In this document: positions 26,967 to 38,842 of the stretch, piece after piece | How positions within the stretch are numbered: the stretch's first letter is position 1 | How the letters are laid out: each line of letters opens with the position of its first letter | Assembly (NCBI GenBank): GCA_032718475.1 | Contig: JAUCBJ010000652.1 | Span: forward strand, 1 to 59,447 | DNA length: 59,447 nt | DNA from: Nemertoderma westbladi | Lineage: Eukaryota; Animalia; Xenacoelomorpha | Direction: 5' to 3' | Translations under genes and position numbers: made by a program | Notes under the pieces: generated by a model | The model's input: the letters and a program-made list of their open reading frames with translations, nothing else | What the model was told of the DNA's origin: nothing | Databases searched by the model: none

Positions 26967-28227
26967 TGTAAAGGCTTTTGCGTAATTAGCCGGTTATTTT
27001 CCCCGTGAAGTACTCTGTAGTTGGTTTACAAGGCATAAAAGGGCCGTGTCCTTACTGTACTGGTGTTTTAGAGGACATAAAAGTAATTTCTTCTGTATGT
27101 GTACTTTAGTGGACATAATCCGCAATTCCATGACGTAAAAGCCGAAATACTCTTGGAACAGTGTAGTTACTAAGACGACAGCTAATAGCTGAGCTGTACA
27201 CGTGGAGCCTCTGCACGGAGCCTTGGTTCTTTGTTCTGCTCAGCTCAAATGACGACATCTATCAGCTGTGTCCACGTCAGTTCGACCAATCAGAGATTTT
27301 TCCCTTTGTGTAAAAAGCTGTACAGCAGAATCCCCTGATTCAGTACTGACGTTTCCCCCACGCCTAAGAACACCGGCCGGGGAATGTTTTCTGACATTAG
27401 AGCGTCTTTAATTATAAGATCATCAAACTGTTATCTCGGTACTGACTACAGCACCTCGGTTAACTTGGTCAACTCGGTCTCGGTCTTGGTTAACTTGGTC
27501 AACTCGGTCTTGGTTAACTTGGTCAACTTGGTTAAGTACACTTGCATTATTTACTGCTATTTACTGTGTTGTTAATTGTATCGTTCGTTTACATATTATT
27601 ATTGAGAAGAATATTGATAACGATCCGAAACCCCAATCTTCTTGATACACTAAGGTTAGAGAGACCGGTTACATATAACAATTTGCGACATACATTATTG
27701 TGGTTTGTAGTGAGTTCAATGCTACTTAATAGGCCCTACAAATGTTGGTTGCTGTTCTCTTTATATATGATTAAAATCAGTGAATATCGGCAATTCATGT
27801 ATGCAGTTGTATGCAATAGTCTGTGTGTGCTTGACCGAGTAACAAAGCATTTCCTAAAGAATGCACTTTGGTGATCTATAAGACATACTGTTGTGTATAG
27901 TGTAAGTCATAGCTCTGTTTAAATAGATAGAGCGCCACGTCCTAAAGGAACTGCTAATATTTCCCGAAAGTGAATAATATTCGTCAGAGATTATATATTA
28001 ACGATCAATCGAATAGTACGGTAGGCCTGCACCGCAATCAAATTAAGCATCCAAATCCAGTCTCCCGGGTATATCCAGCGGGTGAATGGTCGCGCACAGA
28101 CTGGCTTTGGCTAATGTTAGAATTATTATAGGTGTTCAATACTTGTCATAGGCTGGAGTAGATTTATAACCTAGAAGACATATAGATTTGGCGGGTTAAA
28201 CTGCCAAAGGTCTTAAAAGCGCGAACA
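26967..28227 (+). repeat. 5' LTR (1261 bp)
   Basis: Nearly identical to 36648-37933: about five substitutions seen, a 1-bp indel, and one fewer 24-bp internal repeat unit. Confidence 0.95.
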
Positions 28228-30476
28228 ATAACAGTTTGTAAAATTCTTGATTGCAGTGTAGGCAATAAATACAGTTTAATATTGTTCTGGTAAGAACAAT
28301 AACAGTTTGGAGGATCTTGATTGCGGCGTAAGCGATCAAGACTAAGGTACCGGTCGACCGGTAACCAGTAGGCCTGACTGCCTGATTACCCGGACCGGTA
28401 CTTACAACAGTACAGGTATATCAGTACTATTTCGATTGTGATATTACATACCAGTAGGCTGTTTAAGAGATTAGGGACTGTACACCCCTTGTTTCTTTGG
28501 AGCTTACTTATTTCTGTCAGTTATATTTATTTGTAGGCTAGTATTGACCAGAAGGCGTGTAAGCCTGCTCAGTCTGTACAGACAATTTGTAGGCTGGACT
28601 GTTGTCTGACTGTTGTTGGGTCTGGAGAGATTACGGCGTGTGTAGAGTCTGTCCGATAAAGTGCCAGTTAGTAAGTTGGGGCAGCCAGAGCTGTAAGGTC
28701 AATCCCCTCCTAAAGAATAAGTCGTACTACCGTGTTAGAACGCATACTAACTAACCATTTTGGAATCTGCATATACTGTAGTTTATTTAGGCTCGATAGT
28801 AGTCTGCCAGCGTTTTAGCCTGTGTTTGTTTGTGTGGTCTATTCAGGTACCGTAATAGTTATTACTCAGATATTTTGTAGGCTGGATTGTTGTCTAGCTG
28901 TTATTAGGTCTGAAGAGATTGCTGCGTGTGTAGAGTTTGTCTGATAAAGTGCCAGTTAGTAAGTTGGGGCAGCCAGAGCTGTAAGGTCAATCCCCTCTTA
29001 AAGAATAAGTCGTACTACCGTGTTAGAACGCATACTAACTAACCATTTTGGAATCTGCACATACTGTAGTTTATTTAGGCTTGATGGTAGTCTGCCAGCG
29101 TTTGGTTTGTAATTTGTTTGAGTAGTTTGTACGGGTAGCGTAATATTTATTATTCAGAGTTTATGCGATTATTCGCAACATTCATATCCCTAAGTTTATT
29201 CCTACAGTAATTGTGCTTGTTATATATACCGTTATAGTTAAATTAACCCCGGTACTACACGGGCTGCTTGGCGTAGGTAAAGACTGGTGATTTTGTGCAC
29301 CGGTCACTCCAGCAGATGCCGTGGTTCTTTTAGCTGTTCAAGTATTTTTAACTACTGATTATTTGTTGTACCAGTACTTGTACCTAATTTAGGGTTTAGT
29401 GTACAGTGCTTTCCGAAGGTAATTAGTGTATAGGCAGTATATTTGTGTTGTAAAGTGGTTAATAGGCACGTTGGTTCTGGTAGACCGCGGTAATTAACTT
29501 CTAGGTAGGAACACTCCGTGATACATAACGTAGTACCTATAGCGATACGGCTATAGGTCGTCAGGCGGTGGTATTTTCCTATCTGGACAACGCAGTATAT
29601 TGACTACTGCTTTATTATTCTCAAATACCGTAGTATCCTGTCTGTTGTAATAACCAGAAGTTCTAACCCTTTGTTAGACTGGTTTGTAGTTTCCCTGTAA
29701 AATTACCCTAAAATTTCGTACGTAATATTTTTGTTGTGTTTAGTTAGAGAATTAATCTCACCCGTATCGTAAGTAATTCGTAGATAAGTAACTTAGGAAG
29801 TAGAATTATCTGTTTTAGTGTCTAATAAGTAGCACTTCACTGAGAGCGCACAGCTTTTGTGTAGTGATTACTTCCCAGAAATAATAACATCTATTTCAAT
29901 ATTGTAACAAAACCCCTCATACGGGTACATATAAATCCACTAAATCTATTAATAAAATAGTAGGCCTGTTATACAACACTTAGGTCTTAATATCAGTTGG
30001 ACTGCTGCTCAAATAACGGTAATAAAGTAAGTAAAGTAACCAAGTAACCCCTAACATTCAGAAATTCAATTATTTTTAAAATAATTGACATACCGGTATT
30101 TACAATAGGCTTATTATATTTATTCTATAAATTTAGGCTGAAATCATACCGGTATTCTGTAATTAATTCTAGTCTGTAATAATTATACTTATATATACTA
30201 TAAGTGTCAGCTGTATACCGGTATTCACGATAGGCCTATTATATATTTATATATAGTTGTGCTAAAATTATATACCGGTACTCTGTGACAAATCTAGTCT
30301 GTAATAATACTTATATATATACTATAAGCATACCGGTATTCTAATATATTATATATATATCACGCTACACTGAGTAGCAGTATCGGTAATTAATTATTAG
30401 GCTAACAGTGATACTGAATTACTAGACTTACTTTAGCTGTATTTATAGCCGTAGGCATTCAACTGTGTAAACAAAC

Positions 30477-31055
30477 ATGTCTGACACAAAACGGGCACTG
30501 TCAGATAGTCTTTTGGAAGGTGTTAGAATGAGTCTTAGACTTGGACAGGGTCTTGAAAGGAAGATGGCAGAGGCAATGGCAACAGCAGAAGCGGAAAGAA
30601 AGGCGGCAGAGACAATGGCAACAGCAGAAGCGGAAAGAAAGGCGGCAGAGGCAATGGCAACAGTAGAAGCGGAAAGAAAGATAGAGACACCTGTACTCCC
30701 AGAACCTGCCTATAAATTCCCTTTGTACAGTACTAAACTACCTGTGCCCAGTAGGACTGTTCCCGAGTCCGAACCCGTCCTGGACGCCGAGCGAGATATC
30801 AAGAATTTATCGCCCGTCGTCTCTCGCTCGCCCGCTACTACGTTGGCGACTCCCGCTTCGGCGGTTGAGTGGGTAGCTGAGGGACGACGGGAGATGGGTC
30901 TCCTGCTCGAGCAGCTGAGGGAACACTGTTTGTGCTCCTCTCAGCAGGTCCGGGAAATGGAAGAGACTGTTCAGCAGCTCAAGGGAACAGTAAGGGAAAG
31001 TAGGTTAGAGTTGCAAAAGGTGCAGCAAAGTATCGCGTTAGAACGCATAAATTAG
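30477..31055 (+). CDS. gag: BEL Gag N-terminal coiled-coil segment, separated from the main ORF by a -1 frameshift
   Basis: Three 13-aa AEAMATAEAERKA-type repeats and a coiled-coil end. The next frame is open from 31004 and overlaps this ORF. Confidence 0.7.
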   Translation: MSDTKRALSDSLLEGVRMSLRLGQGLERKMAEAMATAEAERKAAETMATAEAERKAAEAMATVEAERKIETPVLPEPAYKFPLYSTKLPVPSRTVPESEPVLDAERDIKNLSPVVSRSPATTLATPASAVEWVAEGRREMGLLLEQLREHCLCSSQQVREMEETVQQLKGTVRESRLELQKVQQSIALERIN

Positions 31056-31093
31056 TCAATTTACAAAAGGGTATACCACCACCCCCTGTAACA

Positions 31094-33634
31094 ATGTGTC
31101 AACCCGTTAGGTCTGAAGTATCTCATGCGCAAGGTGTGGAGCCTACACGCATCTATACTGCTAGTGAAGTAGAAACTCCTATAGTAAACCCTATTCAGGG
31201 TGATTATAAACCTGTTGATAATAATATTCCATATAGACCTGATCATAATCCGAGAAATTTATATACCGATAATTCTATATTCAATAATACGATGGCTCAA
31301 GAAAGTTTTACGCGTCAAATGGCTAGAACCGAAGCCCGTCAAGCGGTAAAGGTTGGAGAGATCGTCAAGTTCAATGGAGATGAGATGAAATGGTTACCTT
31401 TTAATGAATATTACAAAGATAACATACAGAATTCTGTGCTATCTAACGGAGAGAAACTCAGATACCTCATCGAATGCTTGGAAGGACCTCCCAAGTTAAT
31501 GGCGTTAAAATTTATTGGACATCCAGATGGATTAAGACAAGTTTGGGATACATTAAACATCAGGTATGGTAATAGGACTAACATAGCTAGGTATTTATAT
31601 GCGAAATTAATGGCGCCCCGAAAGTTTCTTAGCAGCGGGATTATAGAGTTTTCCGATGAGATTCAGGAGATCTGTAGACAGCTAGATTGGTTAGGTAAGT
31701 CTCTTGAATACCAGAACTCTATGGTTGTAGGAGCCTTAGCATCTACTTTACCAAAGGGTGGAGTAGGTGCACGCTGGGACAAGAAAGTGTTATATGTGAT
31801 GGAACAACAACAACGAGACCCTACCATGGCTGATCTCATGTCCTTCTTAGATAGTGAAGTAAAATTACAACTCATAAAGCAGTCCAGAGAGAAAACATCG
31901 GAAAATAAGGTAAGTGAGAAACCCGTTTCTAGGAGAAGGGTAACACCAGTGTGTTATACTGACGACGGCGAAAGCCAAGCTTCTCAAGAAGAGGACAGCG
32001 GGAAAGACACTGACAGATTTTACTATGTTAACAAGACCTATAAAGACGTAAGTAAATATAAGTCTCGAACCAGGGACAGGAGAGAACAGGTAACAACAAC
32101 TCCTCCTACGTCTCCTAAGAGAATTCACGGAAGAAAGCCCGAAGAAAGAACGAGAGTGCATAACGTTGCCCAAGGTAAAGTGAGTAACATCAAACCAAAA
32201 TGTGCGCTGTGCGACGGGCCCCACCGTTTGAGTGTGTGTGCTGAATTCCTAAAGAAATCCCTGGTAGACAGACGTGAAGTCATGTGGGATAAGCGGTTAT
32301 GCTATAATTGCCTCAGACCAGGACACCAACGGCGAACCTGTTACTCCGAAGTAAAGTGTGCAAAGTGCGGTGCGAAACATCACATCTTGTTACGCAGTGA
32401 ATTCGAACGAAACAACCCGAGTCAGGTAAGTGAGCCCGAACTACATGTCCAATTCAGTGATGTAAATGACACTGATCAAGAGTCTGAGATGGAAGGATTC
32501 TATACGGACGAATTCTCCGACGCCAACGAATCCTGTTACCTAATAAATACCGCAGTGTATCGAGCACTTACGTATGAAAAGGACACCGACAATGAGTTCC
32601 CCCCAACTACCTTTGACAGACAACCATCTTGGAAACCTCCAACTTCCAACGTAGGAATCAGAGAATTTCCTGTAGTGCAGGTAAGAGTTCACGGTCCCAA
32701 CAACAGTTACATAGTGAACGCCCTCCTTGACTCCGGCAGCACAGGAACATTCATCGATCAAGAACTAGCCGAAGACATCTTTGCTGGACAACCCAAATTC
32801 CGAACTAAGTTGGATATGTCAGGAATTATGCAGGTTTGGAAATCTACCATAACGGCAGATTACTATGTAGGTGCGTTGTCCACCCCCCAGGATAAATTAC
32901 GAGAACAAAGTATAAGGTCAGTAAAAATGGTGGCTATAAAGAACTTCGCTACTACCCAGGTAGAACCTTATAACTGGGACGAGGACGAGAGCATCCAGCA
33001 GCTTAAGATACCTCGATACCACACAGATTATCCTGGAGTGCAAATACTCATCGGCCAAAACGCGCATGAGGCGCTAGAGACATTGGAGAAACGGCCTGCT
33101 CAACCACAGCCACTACAAACCTATGCAGTAAGAACTAGAGTAGGTTGGTACTTCACTGGCCCTTCCCGTAGAACTCTCAAAGAGAGATTACCTCAAGAAC
33201 AGGTATACCAAGTAAAGGAATGGGAAGTGGAGAGCAGTGAGGTGGACGACCCAACTGAGGGAACACCATACTCCTCAGATAATGACGATATTAACTCCAA
33301 TGTAGATCAATGGAGACATTGCCTTGGGACGATTAATCCAGCCGACATTGCTTCCAGAGGAGCAACTCCTCACGAACTGATAGATACTCCAGGCTGGTTA
33401 GGTGGATCCGACTTCTTAAGTAAAGAAGAAGAAGAATGGCCTCCTCATCTTACCACGGCGGAGATTAGACAGGCCAAGGGAGCGGAGAAAGTAACACAAC
33501 AACTCAATCGCCCAGCTGGTCGTTTATGTTTACTGGAAAGAGACCGAAAACTGTCCGGAAACTATGGAAGGCAAGATACTCTTCCTACGACCACTTCCCT
33601 AATCCGACAAATATCTAGGGACTCCATAACGTAA
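31094..33634 (+). CDS. gag: BEL/Pao Gag-protease polyprotein with residual RNase H and C-terminal motifs; no RT or integrase
   Basis: DUF1759-like FNGDEMKW..F..EKLRYL..CLEG; knuckles CALCDGPH..C, CYNCLRPGH..C and CAKCGAKHH; protease LLDSGS, ILIG and AVRTRVGW; then WRHC..NPADIASRG..W..GSDFL..WP and RPAGRLCLLE. Confidence 0.9.
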   Translation: MCQPVRSEVSHAQGVEPTRIYTASEVETPIVNPIQGDYKPVDNNIPYRPDHNPRNLYTDNSIFNNTMAQESFTRQMARTEARQAVKVGEIVKFNGDEMKWLPFNEYYKDNIQNSVLSNGEKLRYLIECLEGPPKLMALKFIGHPDGLRQVWDTLNIRYGNRTNIARYLYAKLMAPRKFLSSGIIEFSDEIQEICRQLDWLGKSLEYQNSMVVGALASTLPKGGVGARWDKKVLYVMEQQQRDPTMADLMSFLDSEVKLQLIKQSREKTSENKVSEKPVSRRRVTPVCYTDDGESQASQEEDSGKDTDRFYYVNKTYKDVSKYKSRTRDRREQVTTTPPTSPKRIHGRKPEERTRVHNVAQGKVSNIKPKCALCDGPHRLSVCAEFLKKSLVDRREVMWDKRLCYNCLRPGHQRRTCYSEVKCAKCGAKHHILLRSEFERNNPSQVSEPELHVQFSDVNDTDQESEMEGFYTDEFSDANESCYLINTAVYRALTYEKDTDNEFPPTTFDRQPSWKPPTSNVGIREFPVVQVRVHGPNNSYIVNALLDSGSTGTFIDQELAEDIFAGQPKFRTKLDMSGIMQVWKSTITADYYVGALSTPQDKLREQSIRSVKMVAIKNFATTQVEPYNWDEDESIQQLKIPRYHTDYPGVQILIGQNAHEALETLEKRPAQPQPLQTYAVRTRVGWYFTGPSRRTLKERLPQEQVYQVKEWEVESSEVDDPTEGTPYSSDNDDINSNVDQWRHCLGTINPADIASRGATPHELIDTPGWLGGSDFLSKEEEEWPPHLTTAEIRQAKGAEKVTQQLNRPAGRLCLLERDRKLSGNYGRQDTLPTTTSLIRQISRDSIT

Positions 33635-36600
33635 TAACATATGGAGTGGGCGTGTGACTATATCATTTTATATTTGTTTTTATTTTATATTTATGTATGT
33701 ATTATTATGTAATTTTATTATAATCGTTTTCTTTAATTTTATTTAGTAGAATGTTCTTTTAGTGATTATTTAGTAGATTAGTGCAATATATTAGTGTTTA
33801 TTACGTACGTAATTACTTATAATATATATTTAGTGCGACGGCGAGAAATAATTATTTTTTCTCTTTCCTTACTGTCCGTATCATGTTATAAATACGTGAC
33901 TACAGTAAGATGAAATGTCCGTACTTATTAAAGTACAATAAAGCCACTACTATATTCAAGTATTATGGGTAGGCAGAGTATTAGGAATGCAAAGTTCAGA
34001 TCCTCGTGTCTCGGCTAAACCAAGCTCTGGGTAGACCTTGGAAACGACTTGCCTCTTCACACTGACATTGCTTCGTGCGATATTGCTCTCATACCATATA
34101 TAATAATACATATAGTAGCGTGATGTCCCTCTAACAGTAGCGTGAAACGCAAATAAATCTGTTAAACCTTTTGACCATCTGTAATTCTAGTCGATTAAGA
34201 TATCGCGGCACCCACCGATATACTTGAAAGACAAATTCTAGAATCAGTGGTTAATGTCCCCAGACAAGTTCTGGAATAAATTGGTGCCCATCTCAAATAT
34301 TAATTATTTAATATTTACAAATCTATAAATCAAAATCTGTAAAATTCAGATCCTTTAACAATTCTAGTCGATTAAGATATCGTAGCACTTACCGATACTC
34401 TTAAAAGACAATTTTCATAGAATTAAGGATCCTATGTCACCAGACCTGCTCTGGAATCAAATTGTGTCAATTGTACTATCAAATAATAAAATTTCAGGGA
34501 ATAAATTTAAATTCATATTTTAATGAATTTAATAAATTGTCATTCTGTGCAATTTATAACATTCCCAAAATCCCATTAATTAATAGATCACGGGAGTGGA
34601 GATTCATCCTATTAAGTGTGTTAGAGTGTGAGAATCTCCCATGTATGAGTCAATAGCCGATAAAATTTATAAAATCATATATAAACGAGATATTGGACCA
34701 TTAAAGAATTACTATTAAATAGCATCCCAGATCTGTATGCATTGGAATTACCCTAATTCTACCGCTAGCTTTCCATAATGTCACCATAGTAACACCCACG
34801 CTAGAATTAGAAACAAGTTAAAAAGAACAATAGAAAGCTTGCCCCATTGCATAGTAAGAAATAAATAGCGCACTGCTAGTATCCAAGGATACATAATAAT
34901 AACGTGGCATTCTGGAAGGCACTGACTAACGGACAAATGGCCCGAGTGTGTGTAATTTGTGACAGTTGTGTGTGTGGAATTTGTGAGTTTATAGGCGAAT
35001 GTTACTACTAAGGTGTGTTTACAGTAGCGAGTCGCAATTGTGAAAGTAACCCTAACTCTCCAGTAAGAACCTGAAGTGTATCTAAGCCTTTGGGACGGAC
35101 AGTGGAGTGACTCGTGCTAGTGTCGTTGTCGTTGTGTAGCTACACGTTGGCGGAAAACACAGCGGCGACGATACATTTGCGCTGAGGCTCTTACACTGTC
35201 CGGGGGCTGATTGGGGTAGGCCGCGACGCTCGCTAGCCTAATTATAAGCTCATTATAATATTAATAAACTCATATATAGCAGATATAATGGAGTTGATAG
35301 AAGATGGTCTTGGTATCGGGGAGCGATATACTCTACCTTTACAAGTGTTTGTTGATAGCTTGATACGCGGCGACGCTAGTCCAACTACTACGAAGGACGA
35401 TGGTCGTTATATCGAACCGACGATTTCCTAGAAGCAACTTACGCATGAATTGGACTATGGAAAATTCACCGCTCGCTACACGCATCGTAATAGTACGTAT
35501 ATGGACTTCTTAACCATTGGCCATTCTATCGATTCACACGATACGGACTATGTCGAACATATATCCTACCCAGCGGAGTCGGAACGATAAACTGAAATTC
35601 GAATGCGAAAATTCTATTCGAAATCGACTCGAAAGAAAAGACATTAGAGAGACAAATGGACGCGGTAACTCTAACGTATGTTTGGAATTCTTGATAGAAG
35701 CATTGTAACAACCAATAAATATCATCCGCGTTTCCCCTACCAGACGTGCGTCTTTGGTATTATTACGATAAATGCCCTAGACCCAACTAATCAACGGAAA
35801 GACATAAACATCCACGGAAACCGAAACTTGTTCGGCATATCACCTACGCTCGCTCGACTCAGACGATCCTTGAGTAAACCTACGATCATAGTTCCGGAAT
35901 ACTCGGTCAGACCACCTCGTTCCTTGATTAGACCTCAGACTTTCGATTCTGATGGTATCCCGGATCCTCACGAGCTGTATTCACTGTCCAAAGATCTAGT
36001 GCTACCCTAACAATTAATCGGTAACACTCTGGCAGCGAGCTCTAGCTAGCCGCCCATCTTACCTAGCCGTATTGGGACGCGGACACCTAATATCACCATT
36101 CAACCGTATGGTCGTCCCAGTTTAACGCGATACAACCCTTCATCAAGGTGAAGGAGAGCGTTGTACGAAACGAGTTAAACGCTATTCTACAAAGATCAGA
36201 AAGGAAACCTGCGTTTGTTCAGATAAACGTAAGTTATAACAGCAAGTCCAAGCGGTAAACGAATTGGCTTATCTCAGTTCGATTGGGAAATCTTGAATCT
36301 CTAAGAAGATATCGAGCTTAGACAACCCTATTCTCTGCGAGAGTTTTGGACGAGCATGTCCAACGACAAGCGGAGGAAAATCAGCTCGAGGAGAAGCAGA
36401 TCGAAATGGACGAGACACTGACCGTAACCCTAAACCTTCTGATGCAATGGTATTGCACCCTTCACCCAGGAGTTACAGCCCTCCTAGTAAAGTGGCTCGC
36501 CCCAAAGAGAAAAGGACTCTTGCTAGCCTCAAAAAGCTGTGTAAACGCCGTCCGCGTAAGAAAGACTAACTGTTTAGAGTATTTTTATATTTTAGAAACT

Positions 36601-36647
36601 GTGATTTGTTATATTTTATAGACTTAAATCCCATTTTCTGGGAGCGG

Positions 36648-37933
36648 TGTAAAGGCTTTTGCGTAATTAGCCGGTTATTTTCCCCGTGAAGTACTCTGTA
36701 GTTGGTTTACCAGGCATAAAAGGGCCGTGTCCTTACTGTACTGGTGTTTTAGAGGACATAAAAGTAATTTCTTCTGTATGTGTACTTTAGCGGACATAAT
36801 CCGCAATTCCATGACGTAAAAGCCGAAATACTCTTGGAACAGTGTAGTTACTAAGACGACAGCTAATAGCTGAGCTGTACACGTGGAGCCTCTGCACGGA
36901 GCCTTGGTTCTTTGTTCTGCTCAGCTCAAATGACGACATCTATCAGCTGTGTCCACGTCAGTTCGACCAATCAGAGATTTTTCCCTTTGTGTAAAAAGCT
37001 GTACAGCAGAATCCCATGATTCAGTACTGACGTTTCCCCCACGCCTAAGAACACCGGCCGGGGAATGTTTTCTGACATTAGAGCGTCTTTAATTATAAGA
37101 TCATCAAACTGTTATCTCGGTACTGACTACAGCACCTCGGTTAACTTGGTCAACTCGGTCTCGGTCTTGGTTAACTTGGTCAACTCGGTCTTGGTTAACT
37201 TGGTCAACTCGGTCTTGGTTAACTTGGTCAACTTGGTTAAGTACACTTGCATTATTTACTGCTATTTACTGTGTTGTTAATTGTATCGTTCGTTTACATA
37301 TTATTATTGGGAAGAATATTGATAACGATCCGAAACCCCAATCTTCTTGATACACTAAGGTTAGAGAGACCGGTTACATATAACAATTTGCGACATACAT
37401 TATTGTGGTTTGTAGTGAGTTCAATGCTACTTAATAGGCCCTACAAATGTTGGTTGCTGTTCTCTTTATATATGATTAAAATCAGTGAATATCGGCAATT
37501 CATGTATGCAGTTGTGTGCAATAGTCTGTGTGTGCTTGACCGAGTAACAAAGCATTTCCTAAAGAATGCACTTTGGTGATCTATAAGACATACTGTTGTG
37601 TATAGTGTAAGTCATAGCTCTGTTTAAATAGATAGAGCGCCACGTCCTAAAGGAACTGCTAATATTTCCCGAAAGTGAATAATATTCGTCAGAGATTATA
37701 TATTAACGATCAATCGAATAGTACGGTAGGCCTGCACCGCAATCAAATTAAAGCATCCAAATCCAGTCTCCCGGGTATATCCAGCGGGTGAATGGTCGCG
37801 CACAGACTGGCTTTGGCTAATGTTAGAATTATTATAGGTGTTCAATACTTGTCATAGGCTGGAGTAGATTTATAACCTAGAAGACATATAGATTTGGCGG
37901 GTTAAACTGCCAAAGGTCTTAAAAGCGCGAACA
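36648..37933 (+). repeat. 3' LTR (1286 bp)
   Basis: Copy of 26967-28227; ends ...gcgaaCA and is followed by the TSD caata. Confidence 0.95.
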
Positions 37934-38186
37934 CAATATAATATTCAATATATCAATTTGGCAACATCCATTCATGGTGTGGTATGTATGAATGCCTTCT
38001 CTCAAAATAAGTTATGTTCAAACATCGAGTAGGCCTACAATAGCGTTCCCAATTCTTAATTTGTAGATCATAGTCATCTAGGGGGGAGGGGTTGAATTTA
38101 TAAATAATATACCATTCTGAATTTCTTTTAATCCCATAACATACGGAATATTAGTTAAATAATAATACAAATAGATAACAGGGTAA

Positions 38187-38385
38187 GGCCGCGTTCACAC
38201 TACCGAGTCAAAGTCAAAGTCAAAAGACAAAATGTAAAAAAAATAACAAGAAATTTATTTTTTTCTAGAACGCCATTATGTATTATAGGCCTATATATAT
38301 ATAATGTATTATTATTTATTATTGCTAGCTAGCTATATTTATTTTCTTTTGTCTTTGACTTTGACTCGGTAGTGTGAACGCGGCC
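38187..38385. mobile_element. Harbinger-like MITE, copy 2
   Basis: Same TIRs and interior as 4990-5173; flanked by TAA and TTA. Confidence 0.85.
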
Positions 38386-38439
38386 TTATGTAGGATACTT
38401 ACGGCGTTGTGTATAATTATCTTACCCGTATGAGTGTTA

Positions 38440-38625
38440 GGCCGCGTTCACACTACCGAGTCAAAGTCAAAGACAAAAGAAAATAAATATAGCTAGCTAG
38501 CAATAATAAATAATAATACATTATATAGGCCTATAATACATAATGGCGTTCTAGAAAAAAATTAATTTCTTGTTATTTTTTTTACATTTTGTCTTTTGAC
38601 TTTGACTCGGTAGTGTGAACGCGGC
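38440..38625. mobile_element. Harbinger-like MITE, copy 3, inverted relative to copy 2
   Basis: Interior is the reverse complement of 38187-38385. Confidence 0.85.
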
Positions 38626-38842
38626 GGCGTATCCTACATAATATACCATTGATAAATAGCTAAAAAATCTATAATTCACAACAATAACAAATTAAAATAT
38701 AATGTATGCCACAAGGAAACTTTGTTTATTAAATAACCAAACATTACTTTCCCGACCCTTTGAATACCACACCTCTAACGTATGTAACGATTTTAATTTC
38801 CAGCAATTCCGATATATACAGTACTGTACATGTCTTGTTTAA

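Larger units (their letters stand above)
26967..37933 (+). mobile_element. BEL/Pao LTR retrotransposon, internally deleted (non-autonomous), recent insertion
   Basis: TG...CA LTRs at 26967-28227 and 36648-37933. 5-bp TSD CAATA (26962-66 and 37934-38). Purine tract gggagcgg before the 3' LTR. BEL-type gag/protease ORF. Confidence 0.95.

Noticed and set aside
27384-27874. Duplicated small ORFs (also 37065-37579)
   Set aside because: They are duplicated only because they lie in the LTRs; no protein motif is evident.
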